Below, piece by piece: positions 11,556-25,899 of a stretch of 64,000 bases of DNA. Each line of letters begins with the position of its first letter. Position 1 is the first letter of the stretch. The notes beneath the pieces were generated by a model. The model did not search any database, was not told where the DNA came from, and saw nothing but the letters and a program-made list of their open reading frames with translations. Made by a program: the position numbers and the translations under genes. The stretch is from Camelus ferus (lineage: Eukaryota): the NCBI RefSeq assembly GCF_009834535.1, contig NC_045698.1, positions 13,270,001 through 13,334,000 on the forward strand, in the 5' to 3' direction.

Positions 11556-13515
11556 AAAAGTGCAAACTATGTGTGAGGCATTCTGTGCTGGATTTCTACT
11601 TCTTAAAGCAAAATGTTTCCTAACACTTTTTCATAATTAGTAGGGAAACAGGGAGCCCCCTACATGCTGGAAAATGACTTGCAGGAGCCTGCGTTCAGCC
11701 CTGCGCTCATCCTTGTGCTGATCATTCTGACAACGCTGAGCATTATAATTGGTCCAACTTGTCACATGTGCCCTCTATTGTGTTCAGGGAAGCAGGACCA
11801 TTGCTAGAAGAAAGGTGAGAAAGAAGTAGACAGACTCCAACAATAACCATCATTTTCTACTTTTTAACACACACGCACGCACATGCGCATCTTTTCATAC
11901 ACACGATTCCAAACTTGTCCCTGTCTGATGCTGAGCTGTCACCCTGCGTGCTACTCAGGATGCACTCACAGATGTCACATCCAGCTCCTTCATCCGCACC
12001 TCTGTCTACGGTGCCTACATTATCTGTATTCTTTACATTTAGGCTTAGATTTGTTGCAATATAATCATGAAATTTACGGACTACATGATAAACATAACTA
12101 ATTTTTATATAGCCAGTGTTTAATAATGGATGGAAAGCTGAGAGACTCTCACAAGACAACCAAATAGGACAGAATAGAAGTGAAAGCAGCATGTAACAGT
12201 CTCCTGTAACACTTCCATCATCCTACACGCCAGGCGAAAGGGAACTGAAGCATTTCCTTTACATGGGATGGAATGAATAAATTAATTATCTAATCTAAGC
12301 TGCCCCAGATTCTGCCACCTGAAAATATCCCCTTTCTTCCTTGTTTTCTGTCCACCAAAGAGGGCCACTGGGGCTGGGGAGAATGGCAAGTGATGGTCTT
12401 GGATGCATTTCTCTCTGGGTTAAGCATTCCCAAAGCAGAGGGATGCTCACATTGAAGGAGAGACAGTAGGTAACCCACATGAGTCCCTTTGAAGACATTT
12501 GCCTTTTGCTAGGTAGACTGATGACATTTGTAGTAGGCAGTTCCTCATCCACGGAATGCTGCCAGCAGGATGTCCTTGATTTAGGACTGCTTACGAGAAT
12601 CTATGGATTTTGGAACATGGATCCAGGAAACTACCACACAAGCCAAGTGATTGCCTGGATATCAAAGAACTTTTTATAACATAAATGGTCCCTGCCTGGT
12701 GAGACAATAACCTACACCTTATTACAGATTTCATGCTTGGTTCTGGGCTGAGGAGTGTTTGTCTAACATGAAGAAGAGAGACCTGGGAAGCAGGTGCAAC
12801 TCCTCTTCTTGACCTGATCATCTCCCTTACTCATAAACCGTAAATTATTATCAAGATTAATCCTGGGTAAGATCTTGGATCCACAGCAGTTCAGTTTAAA
12901 AAAAACCTGATCCCTATGTTAGTTCAGAGAAAACTGGCCTATTTGACAAGCTTTGTTTGGCCTCACCCCTATGAATGGGTAGGTGAAGAGACTGAGAATT
13001 TTTTTGGCTGCTGAAGAATCCCAAGATATTTCTCTGGAAATCTGAGGACCTTAAAATATTAATTGACTGAACATCAACTCCAGCAACTAACAAACAGTGC
13101 CAGAAAGATGCTAAAGTCAACAACTGCAGATCAAAGCCCACCCTGTATTTGTGGATGTTGTTGTCATTAATAACTGGCCAGGGTGCTGCCATTCCCCCTA
13201 GACTCAGTGCGTTGCAGACAGAAATGATCGGCCTCAGCAGGACTTTGGGTCTGTCTGGCTTTGCCTTCTTTATTTCTAGACAGGCCACATTTTATTTCTA
13301 TTTTTTTCTAACTTGCAGCATTTTTGACTCAAAGCAGAAAGAAGGGAGGAATTCTCTTCAATCTCCTATCCTTTTTTTTCTTTTCTTTTCTTTTTTTTTT
13401 TTTTTGTCTCCAAGTCAGCTAAAGAGACTCAGTTTGTACATGTCCAAGTACCAGGATATCATAGAGGTATTTTAATAGCTGGTTCCTGCCTATTAAAACC
13501 CGGATTACTACCATG

Positions 13516-13935
13516 TGTGTTTGTGTGCCAAGGCTACAATAATAAAATAACACAGAGTATGGCTTAAATGACAGAAATTTACTGTGTCACAGTTCTGGAG
13601 GCTGGAGGTCTGAAATCAAGGTGTCAGGAGTGCTTGTTCCTTCTGAGGGCTGTGAGGGAGGACCTGTTCCAGCCCCTTTCCTTGGCTTGCAGTTGCCTCC
13701 TTCTCCCTGTGTCTCTGCACACTGTCTTCCTTTTATGAGTGTCTATGTCCAGATTTTCCCTTCTTATAAGAATACCAGTCATATTGGATTAGAGTCCACC
13801 CTAATGAACTCACGTTAAGTTAAAAATGTGTTACATCTGCAATGACATTATTTCCAAATAAGCTCACATTCTAAAGTTAGGGGGATTAGGACTTCCAGAT
13901 ATGAATTTGGGGGAGACACAATTCACCCCATAACA
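13516..13935 (-). mobile_element. Solo MaLR LTR (MLT1B/C-like), full length
   Basis: 'cacagttctggaggctggaggtctgaaatcaaggtgtcag...gggggagacacaattcaccccataaca'; 5-bp TSD ccatg/ccatc. Confidence 0.9.
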
Positions 13936-14079
13936 CCATCTCAGCTTGTGTGAAAGAGACACCGTCTCCCAACCTCTTGATTTAGCCAGTTTCCTTTTTT
14001 ATGGTCTGTCTTTAGCAACACTTCCTCTTCCTCCTTGTATTCATCAAATTGCTGATGGACCGAAACCCTGCACATGAAT

Positions 14080-14500
14080 ATAAAGAACGCTGGGATTTGT
14101 ACTGAGTTTTGCCGTTGACTCATGGAGGGGGTGAAACTGGGTCTGAGGGCCATAAGACACTTGAATATCACTGGGACTTTCTCTTGCTTCCGTATGTTCC
14201 TTTCTGCCTGTTGGCTTGATTCTCCTGCCAGCTGCTCAGGCGAGATAGAATCCATGGCTACAGATAGTTCTAGGCTTATGTCCATGGAGTCTCAGGCTTC
14301 CAAGAAGTAAAAGCAGGCATTTCACTGCCAGTTCCTGCAAGAACAAATGCAAGGAAGGCTTTTTATAGTTCTCACTTTGCCGATATGTTCACCTCTGGAC
14401 CAGTTGCTGTGGCTAAAAATGGATGGACTTTATCATGGCTTACCGGCTCACACTTCATGCCCTGGGATTGGGGGTCTGTGACCAGAGGTAAAGTGGTTTG
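14080..14500 (-). mobile_element. Old MaLR LTR remnant (MLT1J/K-like)
   Basis: 'tctgcctgttggcttgattctc...catggctacagatagttctaggctt...cacctctggaccagttgctgtggcta' resembles MLT1J/K. Confidence 0.45.
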
Positions 14501-17500
14501 AAAGAAAAACAGACAATAGAGACAGCAGACACACTTCTATTCTGCTAGCACAGTTTCCACTTCAAACATCTCGGAAAATGATGTTTAATCTCTTATTTCA
14601 GAACTCATTCAATTGAAAAAATGCAATGCTAATGATATTTACAAGTTGCTTCAGTTCCTTTTAGCAATCATTTTGTAATTTATCATGCTCTTTATCTCCT
14701 TCTTTTGTGCAATATTTGCTGTTTTACATTTCAGAATATTGTCCTAGATAACCTACCGTGTTGTGTCTGTGTGTGTCTGTGTGTGTACATGCATGTTTGA
14801 GTATGTGTTTATTTACTCCTAAAAAAAATTACAAAACTGTGGTTGAATTACTGTTTTCTCCCTCTTATTGCTCAACTGCTTACCAATAGGAAAAAAAAAT
14901 CATCCTCTGGGATGTGTGTTGTGAATGGATTTGAGACAATGTCGTCATTTAACATTTATCAGACTTTCGTTAAATACGATGCCTTCAAAAATTGGAGGCA
15001 GATGGTAAACACGCATTCTTCCATGATCTCACTGTTACATTATATGTTCCCATAGTAGTCAGTCTGTTTTAGACCAAATTCTTCAGAATAAATACAATAT
15101 ATTGGAAAACAAGTAAAAATAATTGGAAAAACATTTATGTCTAGGCTCAGGGAAATCTTACTCCTTCTTAAGGAACTCCAACAAATGTCTTACATGAAAG
15201 GCAATTCCAGTAGTTTTAGTATCAAGCCAGATAAAAACTGAACTAGATCAGCAAACAGAGGACACAGAAACCCACAGAGCTCTGTATTGGGAATACCAAT
15301 TCTGAAGTAGTAGTTACTGATCTTGGCAGACGCTTTTCCTTCTTTCATACAAGGACTTTCTACCACGTTTCATATTTTCAATAATTCTTATTTCTCTAAA
15401 TTTCTTCTAACACTCTGCATACTAGTTAGCAAACAGTATGATGGAAATATTGATAATGACATTTGAAGTGCTTAAGAGACCAGGTCCGGAGCATGCCTCG
15501 CTGATTGAGCTACTTCAAAGGCTAACCATCCTCTGCTACGTTGTAGGTTAGAGTCCACTTATGCACGCTTCCATAAAACTGGTTATCCTGAAGGGTCTTT
15601 AAAATAAATTACTCCATAAACAATAGAACACTATGGTAGATGGGTGGATTATGCAAACATGTATTTACAGTTCAAGGTTAAGACATCCTAGGTGAGATTC
15701 TGAGGAATTAGAAAATTAAATCTGCATACAATATTTTCTCTGGGTTAGTTAGAAGAACAACAGCTCAGCTAGAAACTAGCTTTCTATAACTGCTTGTAAT
15801 TTTCATACGGCCGTCCTCTTCAAGTACCAATATGGCTACGCTTGTCATCTTTCTGTTTCAACAACCCACTGGGTCAAGAAAGTGAATTATTGGTTTAGTG
15901 AGTCCAGTTGTTGTGTCAGGAAAATCTGCACAGAAAATTCCACAGTCTTATGAAGGTTTTGTTTGAAGTGGTTGCACTTATATTTTTATCTTTTTCTTTA
16001 GAAACAACATCACGTGTATTTAGAAAGGCTAAGCGTTTCTGAGTTTATTAAGTGTCTTGAGTAATCCCTGAGATGCACATTGTTTTTCTCACTCCTGGAA
16101 ACCAGAGGTGTGGGTGATTTCTTCCAGATTCTCCTTCTCTTACTTCACACCCCACGAAGCCGCTTTCATAGGACTAAAAACTCTAACACTGATCTCTGTT
16201 CTCTTCCAGATTCCTAGTACATTCCAGAATGTACTAGCTCTTTAATAATCCGTCTCAGTTTAAGACTCTGGGTAGAACTCTCCCCACTTACTGTAACATT
16301 GTGAGTGTTTTTGTTTTTCACGTCTGCATTATTCTGATAACTTCAGTAGCTATCAAGGCAGGAAAATGGGAATTATCCAATTGGCCTCACCACATCATGT
16401 TTCTCAGCAGTCTTCTTAATAATATTTTGATTGTTATTTCTGACCTTTTAATTTCCATTCAGCATACAATATTTTCTCAGCCTCAATTTCTGACCTGTAT
16501 TCAGACTTCTCAGATATACATATTAGCCTGAGACTTCTCAGATACACACATATATAACATATATTTTAGAATTGTTTTATCTGAATTACTATTACTAGAT
16601 ATAAAACATTGTTGGCTATTAGCAACAATAGATTATCCATTAGAGAAAGAATATAGTATTTTTCATATAGAAAGTGAATCAGTTGCATATTTTAAGGAGT
16701 AATTAGTTCCATAGACATTGGATTTCATTTACTCAGAATATAAATGGGTTGATAGTTCAAATGAATTATTGCCAAGTTGATTCAAATACCTCCTTATTCA
16801 CATTTGTTCAGCCTTGTTTTGCTCATGTAAGGACATTTCCCCAGATTCCAATTGGTATTCATCAAACATAATTTGCAGTCATTCCAAATGCTGATAATAT
16901 AATGTAAAGAATCAGAAACTAGTCTTAAAGGACTTTCCTTGCATAAGTGAATGGAGTGTAATATTAAAGTTAGGACATATGTTTAAATACATCCCATTTC
17001 GTGTTTTAAAAGACAGAACTTAAACTTATGAAAAACGATTACTTCTTTATAATCTTCAAAATGATATTTTATCAATGAATAATAGCTTGGGTCATCCCTG
17101 GGGTTAGTGCTCTGACATTCAGTATAATAAACAGATACAAAGAATTCCTAAATTATCCTTTTTCATCATATATTACAGAAAGTGCTTACACATGGCACAC
17201 AGTCACCTTTTAAAATTTCACAAATCCTTTTGTAAGATTACCATCTTACATATACTTCCATTCATGGTGTAAAACGAAAATTGATGATATATAAATAATT
17301 TGGCAATTTGGAAAAAAAAATTGCGAATTTAAGCAGAGACTATTTTATATTTTGATGTTCTAAACTGTTGTGGCCAAAAGTCTTGATGGCCTTGTCCATA
17401 TCTCAGCATGTCTGTAGTTTAGATATTTAAACATAAAATGCGAGGAATTGTACTTTTACTGTCACTCCGCACGTCCCACATAATTCCTCATTTCTTAGAA

Positions 17501-20255
17501 TGAACAGTGAGTAGTAGGGGACCAGGGTTTGGAACTATTCCCCTGATTCCAGAGATCAGTTTGTTTCAAGAAACATTCTTACTCGACTATATGTGGAAGA
17601 AACATGCAAAGGAAAGACTGTGGGTGTGATTTCCACCATAAATTTCAGCAAATAAATGTCTTCTTGCTTCTGGATTATTAACAAATTTCTGTAAAACCAT
17701 TGTTTTTAATACCTGAACAATTAACATATGGTAAAGACTATGAAAGTGAAATTTAAATAGGTATGAATATAAAAAATAAAGTATATTATAGAAGACACTG
17801 TGCTATAAACCAAAATTAAGCCCATAGCCAAGACATTTAATAACCTATCCTTCCTTCCTCTTCATACAGCACTGAAACACAAAATACTCACATATTACAT
17901 AAAGAAATCAATTTACAAAATATTAAAAAGGAAACAAAATATCATAGAGAATCCACCAAGTGTTTCACACATAGTAACAAAGCAAAATATATTAAACCTC
18001 GGACTACCAATTTGCATCACTACAAGAAGTCTAACAATGCACTACTTACAAGACGGACATCTCAAATAAGTTGACTCAAAGAAGGAAAAATTAAAAATCA
18101 AACATCACTCAGGCAAATTCACATCAGGGCACTGCAATATTAATATGATCCAAACTATCATTCAGGATAAAAACATTGGTCAAAATGGAGAGAGAGAACT
18201 GTTAACAATGAATTTGTAAAAGCAATAAAATTCCAATCAAAATGTGTGAAGACATCTTTGGGAATTTCTCAATCCTTCTCTCTTCTAGCTGCTATTTAAT
18301 ATTGATATATATGTGGGTACTAATACATAGGTACAATTATCTTCCATTCTTCTTTATTCGCTACAGTGTCTGTTAAACAAATTCAGTTTGGGATGTAAAT
18401 AGATAATAATTTTACTCATTTCTTTATAAAGTGTTTTGAAACTCAGTTGAAGCTTTTAGTATCTCAAATCAGGGGAAAATAAAAGGAATAAACATTTGAA
18501 GCACCAGTTTGAAATCCTAGTGAAGTCAGAGAATGTAACAGAAATAGAATTGTTTGCACATCTTAAATGACATGGATCAATTAAATTCTTTTGGTTTTCC
18601 CAACAAGTTTAGGTTATCACATAGACTGATCTGTAGCATATAATTAGTGCAAAAGGAAATTGTAGAAGCAAAAGGAGACAAATGATACATTTGGATCTAG
18701 TCCAGTAGAATGGTGGACGTTTCTATACTGCAGCCTTTGGAAAAGTTAAAATGCACTCTCGTGTATTTTTAGAAGAACTAGGCTGACAGTGTTTATAATG
18801 GGAGGTGAAGGAACTGGATCAGATCGATGTGCTATGATCCAAAGTGCCTCAGCTCAACACTCCCAAGGGGCCAGTTAAAGTTTATAATCCTTCTTATTGT
18901 AGCGGTTATTTGAGAAATAATTGCGGGCATGGGGGGATTTCTTTATTGTTTTTTTGCTGAGCTAAGTAGATTAAATCAAGGCTGCCTCAAGTTTCCTTTT
19001 TTTTCCCCCCCTCTATTTAAGTCAACAAAAATATTCAGAATCTCCAGAATGTCAGTAGAACACTGGAGGCAGAAATACCTAAAAGTGCTATTTTTTATTG
19101 TTCACCTGAACTCATGTTTATATGTAACAATCATTTCAAAGGTCGATGCAAGGGAATATGACCCAGTATATTATGTCCCTTAAAAGGCAATATAAAAGCC
19201 TAAGTAAGATATCATGATTAATACTCCACATCCAATATGTCAAATCTAATGCTTAGAAAATGTAGGTTGCATTTGTTTGACATGTCAGTGTAATTAAGTC
19301 AAAATCGTTATAACACACTTAGACCAAACCTGATTCTAATAGCCAAATTATAAATACCTATTTATTTTCAAAATACATTTTAAACAAATATGTTTTTGAT
19401 TATATATGCTTCTCCTATTTTTTTTTAAACTGTCATATCATCTATTACATTCAGGTAGCAAATCATTTTTCTCTGAATAACAGGTACATCATTTCAAATC
19501 TTGTTGAAAATGCTGTGTTAGGATTATTCAAATATTTTAATACAATAAATAGCTTTGAAGAGTAATGTTTGAGAATGATATACATAAATATGACTCTTAT
19601 AAAATTATAACACTAAAATTTGATGGAGAAAATGGGGCAGTGTAAATTAGTTTTCATTTTTATAAATATCACCTAAACATTTCTGAAACACTCAGGGAAT
19701 ATGGCCTTTCTAGTAAATTTACAACTTTAGAATCAACAGTGAGTGTTTAAATATTAAGATATACTTAAAAAGATTTTGCAAGTCTGTTAGGTCATCCATG
19801 GTTAACAAAATTAAAAAAAAATAGAAATCCAAATGTTCAATTTTTATAGTATTTCAGTTTTCAAAACTGGTTCACTGTCCTTACCTTATTTAATTTCCCC
19901 AAACTTAAAAAAATTAATATCAGAACTGAATCTATTCTTTTTTTGGTGGCTTATTTTAATCATCCAGCTTGTCAACAGAGAAGCCATGACAAGAACACAG
20001 CTCAGAATGTGCAATAAATAATATGATTTACTCTTGGACAAATAATATCATATTGAACTTTCCTTTGAGATCTCAAAATATTTTCCCAAGCATACTCTGT
20101 TCTACAATTCTTTTAGCTCCTATACAGACTAGCCAATTTATCTCTAAATCTCACCTCTGTATCTTTTTCCTGTGGAACTCATTCCTCTTTTATTGGTCAT
20201 TGAGCAACCTTGTTTGATCATTGTTAGCTTACATATCTGCTGATTCTTTGAAACA

Positions 20256-20398
20256 AGAGTATGTCTGTTAAGTCCATCTGATCTAACATGTCATTTAAGG
20301 CAATCTTTCCTTATTGATTTTCTGTCAGGTTGATCTGTCCATTGACGAAAGTGGATATTAAAGTCCCCTACTATTATTGTATTGCTGCTTATGTCTCT
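20256..20398 (-). mobile_element. L1 ORF2 endonuclease-region fragment
   Basis: 'ttccttattgattttctgtc...gatctgtccattgacgaaagtggatattaaagtcccctactattattgtattgctg' is reverse-complement L1 ORF2. Confidence 0.8.
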
Positions 20399-20599
20399 GT
20401 TAGAGAACTCTGAGGGTGTTTCTTATTCAATTTTATATATTAAATGTAGAGCTTAGTGACTAAGGTATTTAATAAGTAAGTTAAATGACTAAAATAAAAG
20501 ATGCAGTGAAATCAAAACATGTTAGAGAATATATCTTTTTCTGAGTAGAGATTTTAGCACCCATAAATTCCGCCCATATTTACATGCCTTATCCATTAT

Positions 20600-21316
20600 T
20601 GAATTTCTACAGAGTACAGTGGATATGCACATTGAAATTTGGTAACTAATGGTTGGTAGCAGGAGTGGCCTTGCTTGTTGTCATTCCTTTATCTGCAAAT
20701 GTGGGCTCTTCAGGGTTAGAAGATTTGGTCACTAAGGGTCATGCACCATGGTCAGATGACATAGAAAGGTTCACACTGGACTACAAACTAGTGCAGTCAA
20801 TTGGGCACGTTGTCCTCATTGTGTCCAAGGAACCAGGCAAGAGGAGGAGCCCGTCTTGGTCGGGGTAACTGACCCTGATCAGTTGGAGGAGGTATGGCTT
20901 CTGTTATTAATTGAGGGCTGGAAGGAAATGTCTGGGGCCCAGGTCAGCCCCTGGGGAGCTTCTTGCTACTCCGTTCACCAATTAGGGCTGTGAATGGACA
21001 AGTGCGGCAAAAGGAGCCCAGGAAAGGTATGTTCGTCAGTGGCTCTGCTCCTTCAGGAAGGAGAGTTTGGATCTTACCACCAAGTAAGCCAGTCGACCCA
21101 ACAGAGGTGCTGGCTGTGGCCGACAGACTTAGACGGGATACTGGGTGATGAGTACCAGTGTGAAACCAAGAACAGCTGCAGCAATGGGAGCTGAATTTGT
21201 CCTATTCATCTCCCTCTTCTATATTTTCATCAAAAGAAAAAGCCCACTAGAACTCTGGAGGAAGTGTTCCTTCAGCACGTTTGTAGAAGCTCGTCTACGT
21301 GGCAATAGGGTAAGAC
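20600..21316 (+). mobile_element. ERV-L internal 3' region (dUTPase / integrase C-terminal remnant; ERV3-16A3/HERV16-like)
   Basis: Frames give VGSSGLEDLVTKG...LDYKL...GHVVL, GVTDPDQLEEVWLLL and AVNGQVRQ...PSGRRVWILPPSKP...EVLA, which match ERV-L dUTPase and downstream motifs. Ends in purine-rich 'aatagggtaagac' next to the LTR. Confidence 0.85.
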
Positions 21317-21764
21317 TGTGGTAACAGTGGAGACGCACCGCTCGGGTCTTCCTCAAAAGCGGTTCAGTTAACTGACAGCCTCCAGCCTCAGTGTCTTCAG
21401 GATCTTCCTGAGCTTTGAAAAGAGGTCACACTCTTTTCAGAAACCCTGAGCCATTAAGTGATAATGGGAAGTACACCACAGACAGGCTATTTCTGTCCGA
21501 TGCTCTGGACTCATCTGACATTTTCCCTCCAGACCTCCCCACTGGAATGACTGTGTTGGACGTGGGTTGCAGTCCAATATCCTGTCTACCTAATCTTTCT
21601 TACTTCACCTTTTCTCATGTGTCAGATATGCATCTTGGTTTGAAGAATTTCCTTGTCCATTTCTCCTTCCTTCTTTTATCATGCATTGAGGTTCTCCCCT
21701 AATAAACTGTCTGGACTTTTAACTCCATTTTTATATCTGTTTCCCAAAGCATCCAGCTGACACA
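21317..21764 (+). mobile_element. 3' LTR, LTR16-family (ERVL)
   Basis: Starts TGTGGTAACAGTGGAGACGCACCGCTC; contains 'actgacagcctccagc' and 'tctcccctaataaac'; ends ...CTGACACA. Confidence 0.8.
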
Positions 21765-21846
21765 TACATTTCACCAAAATTATAACTCATAGGGAATAAA
21801 GTTCTTAAGCTTTCACTTAATATACTGTGAAAATGTTGCTGTTGTG

Positions 21847-22237
21847 TATTTTGGACTGAATGTCTGTATCCCTCAAATGTGCATCTGTTGAAGCCTCTGC
21901 CTCCAGTGTGATAGTATTTGGAGATGGGGCCTTTGAAAGCACTTAGGGTTAAATGAGGTCATGAGGTTAGGGCCCTGGTATCATGAAATTAGTGTCTTTA
22001 TGAGAGGAAATATCTCTCTATAAGAAAGCTGTCATGTGAAGAAGAGGTCTTGTGATCACAGAGCAAACTGGTACCTGCCTACAGACCAAGAGAAGAGGCT
22101 TAAGAATAAAAGGTAACTTGCCAGCACCTTGATCCTCTGCTTCTCAGCCGTCACAAGTGTGAGAAATGACATCCTGCTGGTTAAGACACCCAGTCTATGG
22201 TATGGTATTTTGTTATGGCAGCCTGAGCAGAAACACA
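21847..22237 (+). mobile_element. Solo MaLR LTR (MLT1A-like)
   Basis: 'tggactgaatgtctgtatccctcaaa...gtatttggagatggggcctttg...cccagtctatggtat...ttgttatggcagcctgagcag'; near-TSD ttgtg/gtgtg. Confidence 0.9.
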
Positions 22238-25200
22238 GTGTGCATTATGGTTTAGAATTTGTTATATCTATGAATGTATTGTACATTTTCTCCATTATGC
22301 AGAGCTACTTTCTCACAAATCATATGAATTGCAGTTCTCCAATTTACACTAACTCTCTCATCTTTCCCTTCCATCATACAATACAAAACAGGAATGAATT
22401 ATACACATTACACAGAAAAGGCTGTAATATATGATCTCAAGGATCAGAGCATTTATTAAGAGTGTTGTTAACAGAAATCAGATAAAAGACAGAAAAGAGC
22501 TCTTGTACAAATGCACATCAAAGCATATTTCTCAAATGAATACTCTAAAGGCATTTTAGAGGCAGATATGAAAGAGAGTAATTGGAAGAGATACTCTGTT
22601 ATTAAACTTCACTCCTTCAAAAATTCTATCTCACATAACACTAATTATGAGAAAGTGTCTTGCAAATAATATATACAAATTTAATACTTTACTTTAAAAT
22701 TGAACAGATTTATATTCACTCAGAGTACACAAGCTTTCTCAGTAAAATAATTTTTACAAAATGGAACTTCTAGTAAGGAGGTAAATGAAAGCCACCAAAC
22801 TTTCTATTCTGAGTAGAAGAAAATGTTTCATTCTTTCTTTCTTTTCTATTTATTTTTGTAAATTGGGCAAGATTTATAATGGAAGAATATTTTGAAACAA
22901 AACTTATCCAAATGATGTAAAACAAAGTTCTGTGAAGCAAATCAAAGCACCAAACACATTTTTTGTCTATGTCCAAATTGCCCTCCTGCTATGACTTGGA
23001 ATTTATAATGGACAAAAACATAATGAACATGTATACATGCAAAAAAAAAAAAACACTGCAGGAAATGCTGGAAGAAAGAGGCTTGTTAACCACCTTAAAA
23101 ATAGTGGCATTTACTCTGACAATCTTCTACAAAATACCTTTATTTCCATGCTTGTGCGAAAAACAAAATCATCAAAGGAGACATCATTAAATACATGGAG
23201 AGAAAAACCTTGCAAGATTTGCAATTCTCCTAGGTAGAAATGAAAAGCAAAGTTTGATGATTACTGTGAATATGACATTTTCTGGAGAAACTCCATCAGA
23301 AACTATAATATTATAGAACAATACCAGAATCTTAACCAAGAGGAGTGAGCCCTGGTTACAGTTCAGGAGAGCTGGTTGTGCTCAGATATAAAGTGAGATA
23401 TTTTATAGGAAAGAGGGCCTGTTGATTGCTCAGCTGAAAGCCATTTAATTGTCTGGCATCTATTACTTGTAGGAGCAAACGAAGAGAGGACAGCATTTTG
23501 AGTAGAGCCAGACCTTATAACATGTCCAGGTGGCCCAGTTATTGCATCCCTGGTTTAAAGACTCCCATCCAATATATTAAAAATGCAACTTAATCTGACT
23601 TGGAAAATTGTTATTTTTTTTTCAGACTGGATGAGAATTTGGCAAGGTTCATATAATAGAATGGTTGCTGTTTCTGCTAGAACTTTCTAAAATGGTACTG
23701 GGAAAGAAGAAAGGTAAAAAAAGAAAAGATCAAAAAACAAAAACAGTTCCTTTTAATTTTGAAATATTACCAATAAGAAAATTTGGCCAGAAAACATTTT
23801 AAATAGTTTTTCTAGCATACAGTATGTAACACGAAGCTTCTGACTTATCATAACTAGAGTTTATTAAATGGACACAGGATACCTGTCTGTATTAGCAAAA
23901 AAGGCGGCACAGAAAATAAAATAGCAAATAGATATTTCTCTATAGCATAGCTTTGGGTGGTACTGAAATCTGGTGTTAAGTACTCTTAATTAGATACAAT
24001 ATAGCACTATGTTTAGAGTTTAAAAGTAAAGAAGACAGAGAAACATTAGGTAAAGAACATGCCATGAAACACTCATTCTTTAAGACTGATTCTTTTGTGT
24101 CAATGTTTGCTTAGAAAAACAACTTTCTAAATATTGGTAATAAAACCAAAACCTCAACAGATAATGCTCTGTCCTTGTAGAATTTACAGAGTAGTGAAAA
24201 AGTTGCTAAATTAAAATAAAAATAAGAATAAATTGTTAATGGCGACAATGACGAATGGAGCCAGGACGACAGTCAGAACCGAATCCCTGAGGTAGGACAT
24301 GATCATGTTTGACGGGGAAACAAACAAATAAACAAACACACAAAATCTCCCACTGTGAAAAATATTTGGAAACTTCTAGAGGAAGCAATATTGAATTGGT
24401 TTCTTCACTGTAGGATCTCTTAAAACCATTGCTAGTCTAATACATGTCATAATTCCCCATAAGATGAGAGACATAGGGTCCTGCACTCCTCCAGGAATGA
24501 ACAATTAAATTCTCTGAGCACCTTACAACTCTTAAAAAAGATGTCTTTTTTTCTTAGGAGGAGAATCTTCTCAGTAGCACTCAGCCAGTAATTATCTCAC
24601 ACCAAAAGTGATGGAAGTCAATGAGCTTCTCATCCAGAGGACACAAAAAGAAGCAGATCACAAAATGTAAGTAAAGTTACATGAGACTGAGTTTAGAACG
24701 TAGAATGCATGGTAGGAAGTGATTAAAAAGGAAAAAAAGATAAAGATTTACTAACTTTGGTCTGATAAGCCCTGGATTAATGTATGTTATATGGGAAGTA
24801 GGACGAATTAATGACAATAGAAAATAGGGGCCAAAGCCTAACTTGTTAGATGATTGGTCCTGGATTCTAGATGGACGACCAGGCAGTGGTCAAGTGCAAA
24901 GTGCCCAGCAGGCAAGGACATTCTGACTTTTCTTCACGTGTCTCTGCTTTGCTCACAATCACCAAAGGAGGAAAAGTCACTTTGTCTCATCAGTGAGCTC
25001 CAGAGAAAGAATGAAAACATGCTCAGCCTGGCGCTACCGGCATGCCTTTAAATCTTTCCGCCTGCAGAGAAAACGTTTTGCTTTGTTTTGCTTTTTCCAT
25101 TTGCATCCCTGTGAGATGGTCACATGAGCAGTATTTACTCCTCAAGAAGAGGTCTGTGAATCCCTAGCTTTTTCTATGACCTGGTGAGTAAGCTATTTCT

Positions 25201-25899
25201 GGATGAAGTAACAGAAAACTCATTGTGCCTGCCTGTTTCAGTGAAAGACTCCAGTCCAGCTTCCATCAACTACACAGCTGACAGTTTTCTCTAACATTCT
25301 GATTTCTGTGACTCGTCTCTCAAGTTGGTCCTGAATATAAAAGGGGAAGAAAGCGTGTGTTTGTCATCCATGAAATGATGACTCTACAGAAACATCAGTT
25401 CCCAGAACCTGATGATGTTCCGTAGTACCGTAGGGTCAGGAAGGTGTTCTGTCAGGAGCTGTGTGCCTGAACAACTCATATTTGGGAGACAATGCATGAA
25501 TAATGAATGCAATAGCTATTTATTGAACATCTACTAAATGCCTATTAAATGTTGAACAATGGCGCCTCTTTTAGTCTTCATGGTAAACGGAGAGAATTTT
25601 GGCACCAGAAAATGGATTAGTATTGAAGGTTTCTTATAGTCACCTAGGGAGCAAGGACACCATGAAGTAGAAAGTAGCAATTTGCACACTCTACCCGGCT
25701 ACACTTCCTTCCATTAGGCACACTGTCAGCAGAATCCATATTCACTGTCAAACCTGACTCCTCGAGGGGCTGTAAACATTTTTCATGGTTTCTAACTTTG
25801 TTCATCTACTTCCTATCACTGAATATAGACAGTTAACCAAGATGAACAAATACTAAAGAAATACTTCAATGTGGTAAAGGACAAAAACAAAACCAAACA

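Noticed and set aside
11857..12192. 111-aa minus-strand ORF
   Set aside because: No recognisable domain, ends in a CA/CG microsatellite, no convincing splice sites.
12914..14310. Longest ORFs (108-124 aa)
   Set aside because: Overlapping on opposite strands, run through poly(T) or MLT1 sequence, no homology recognised.
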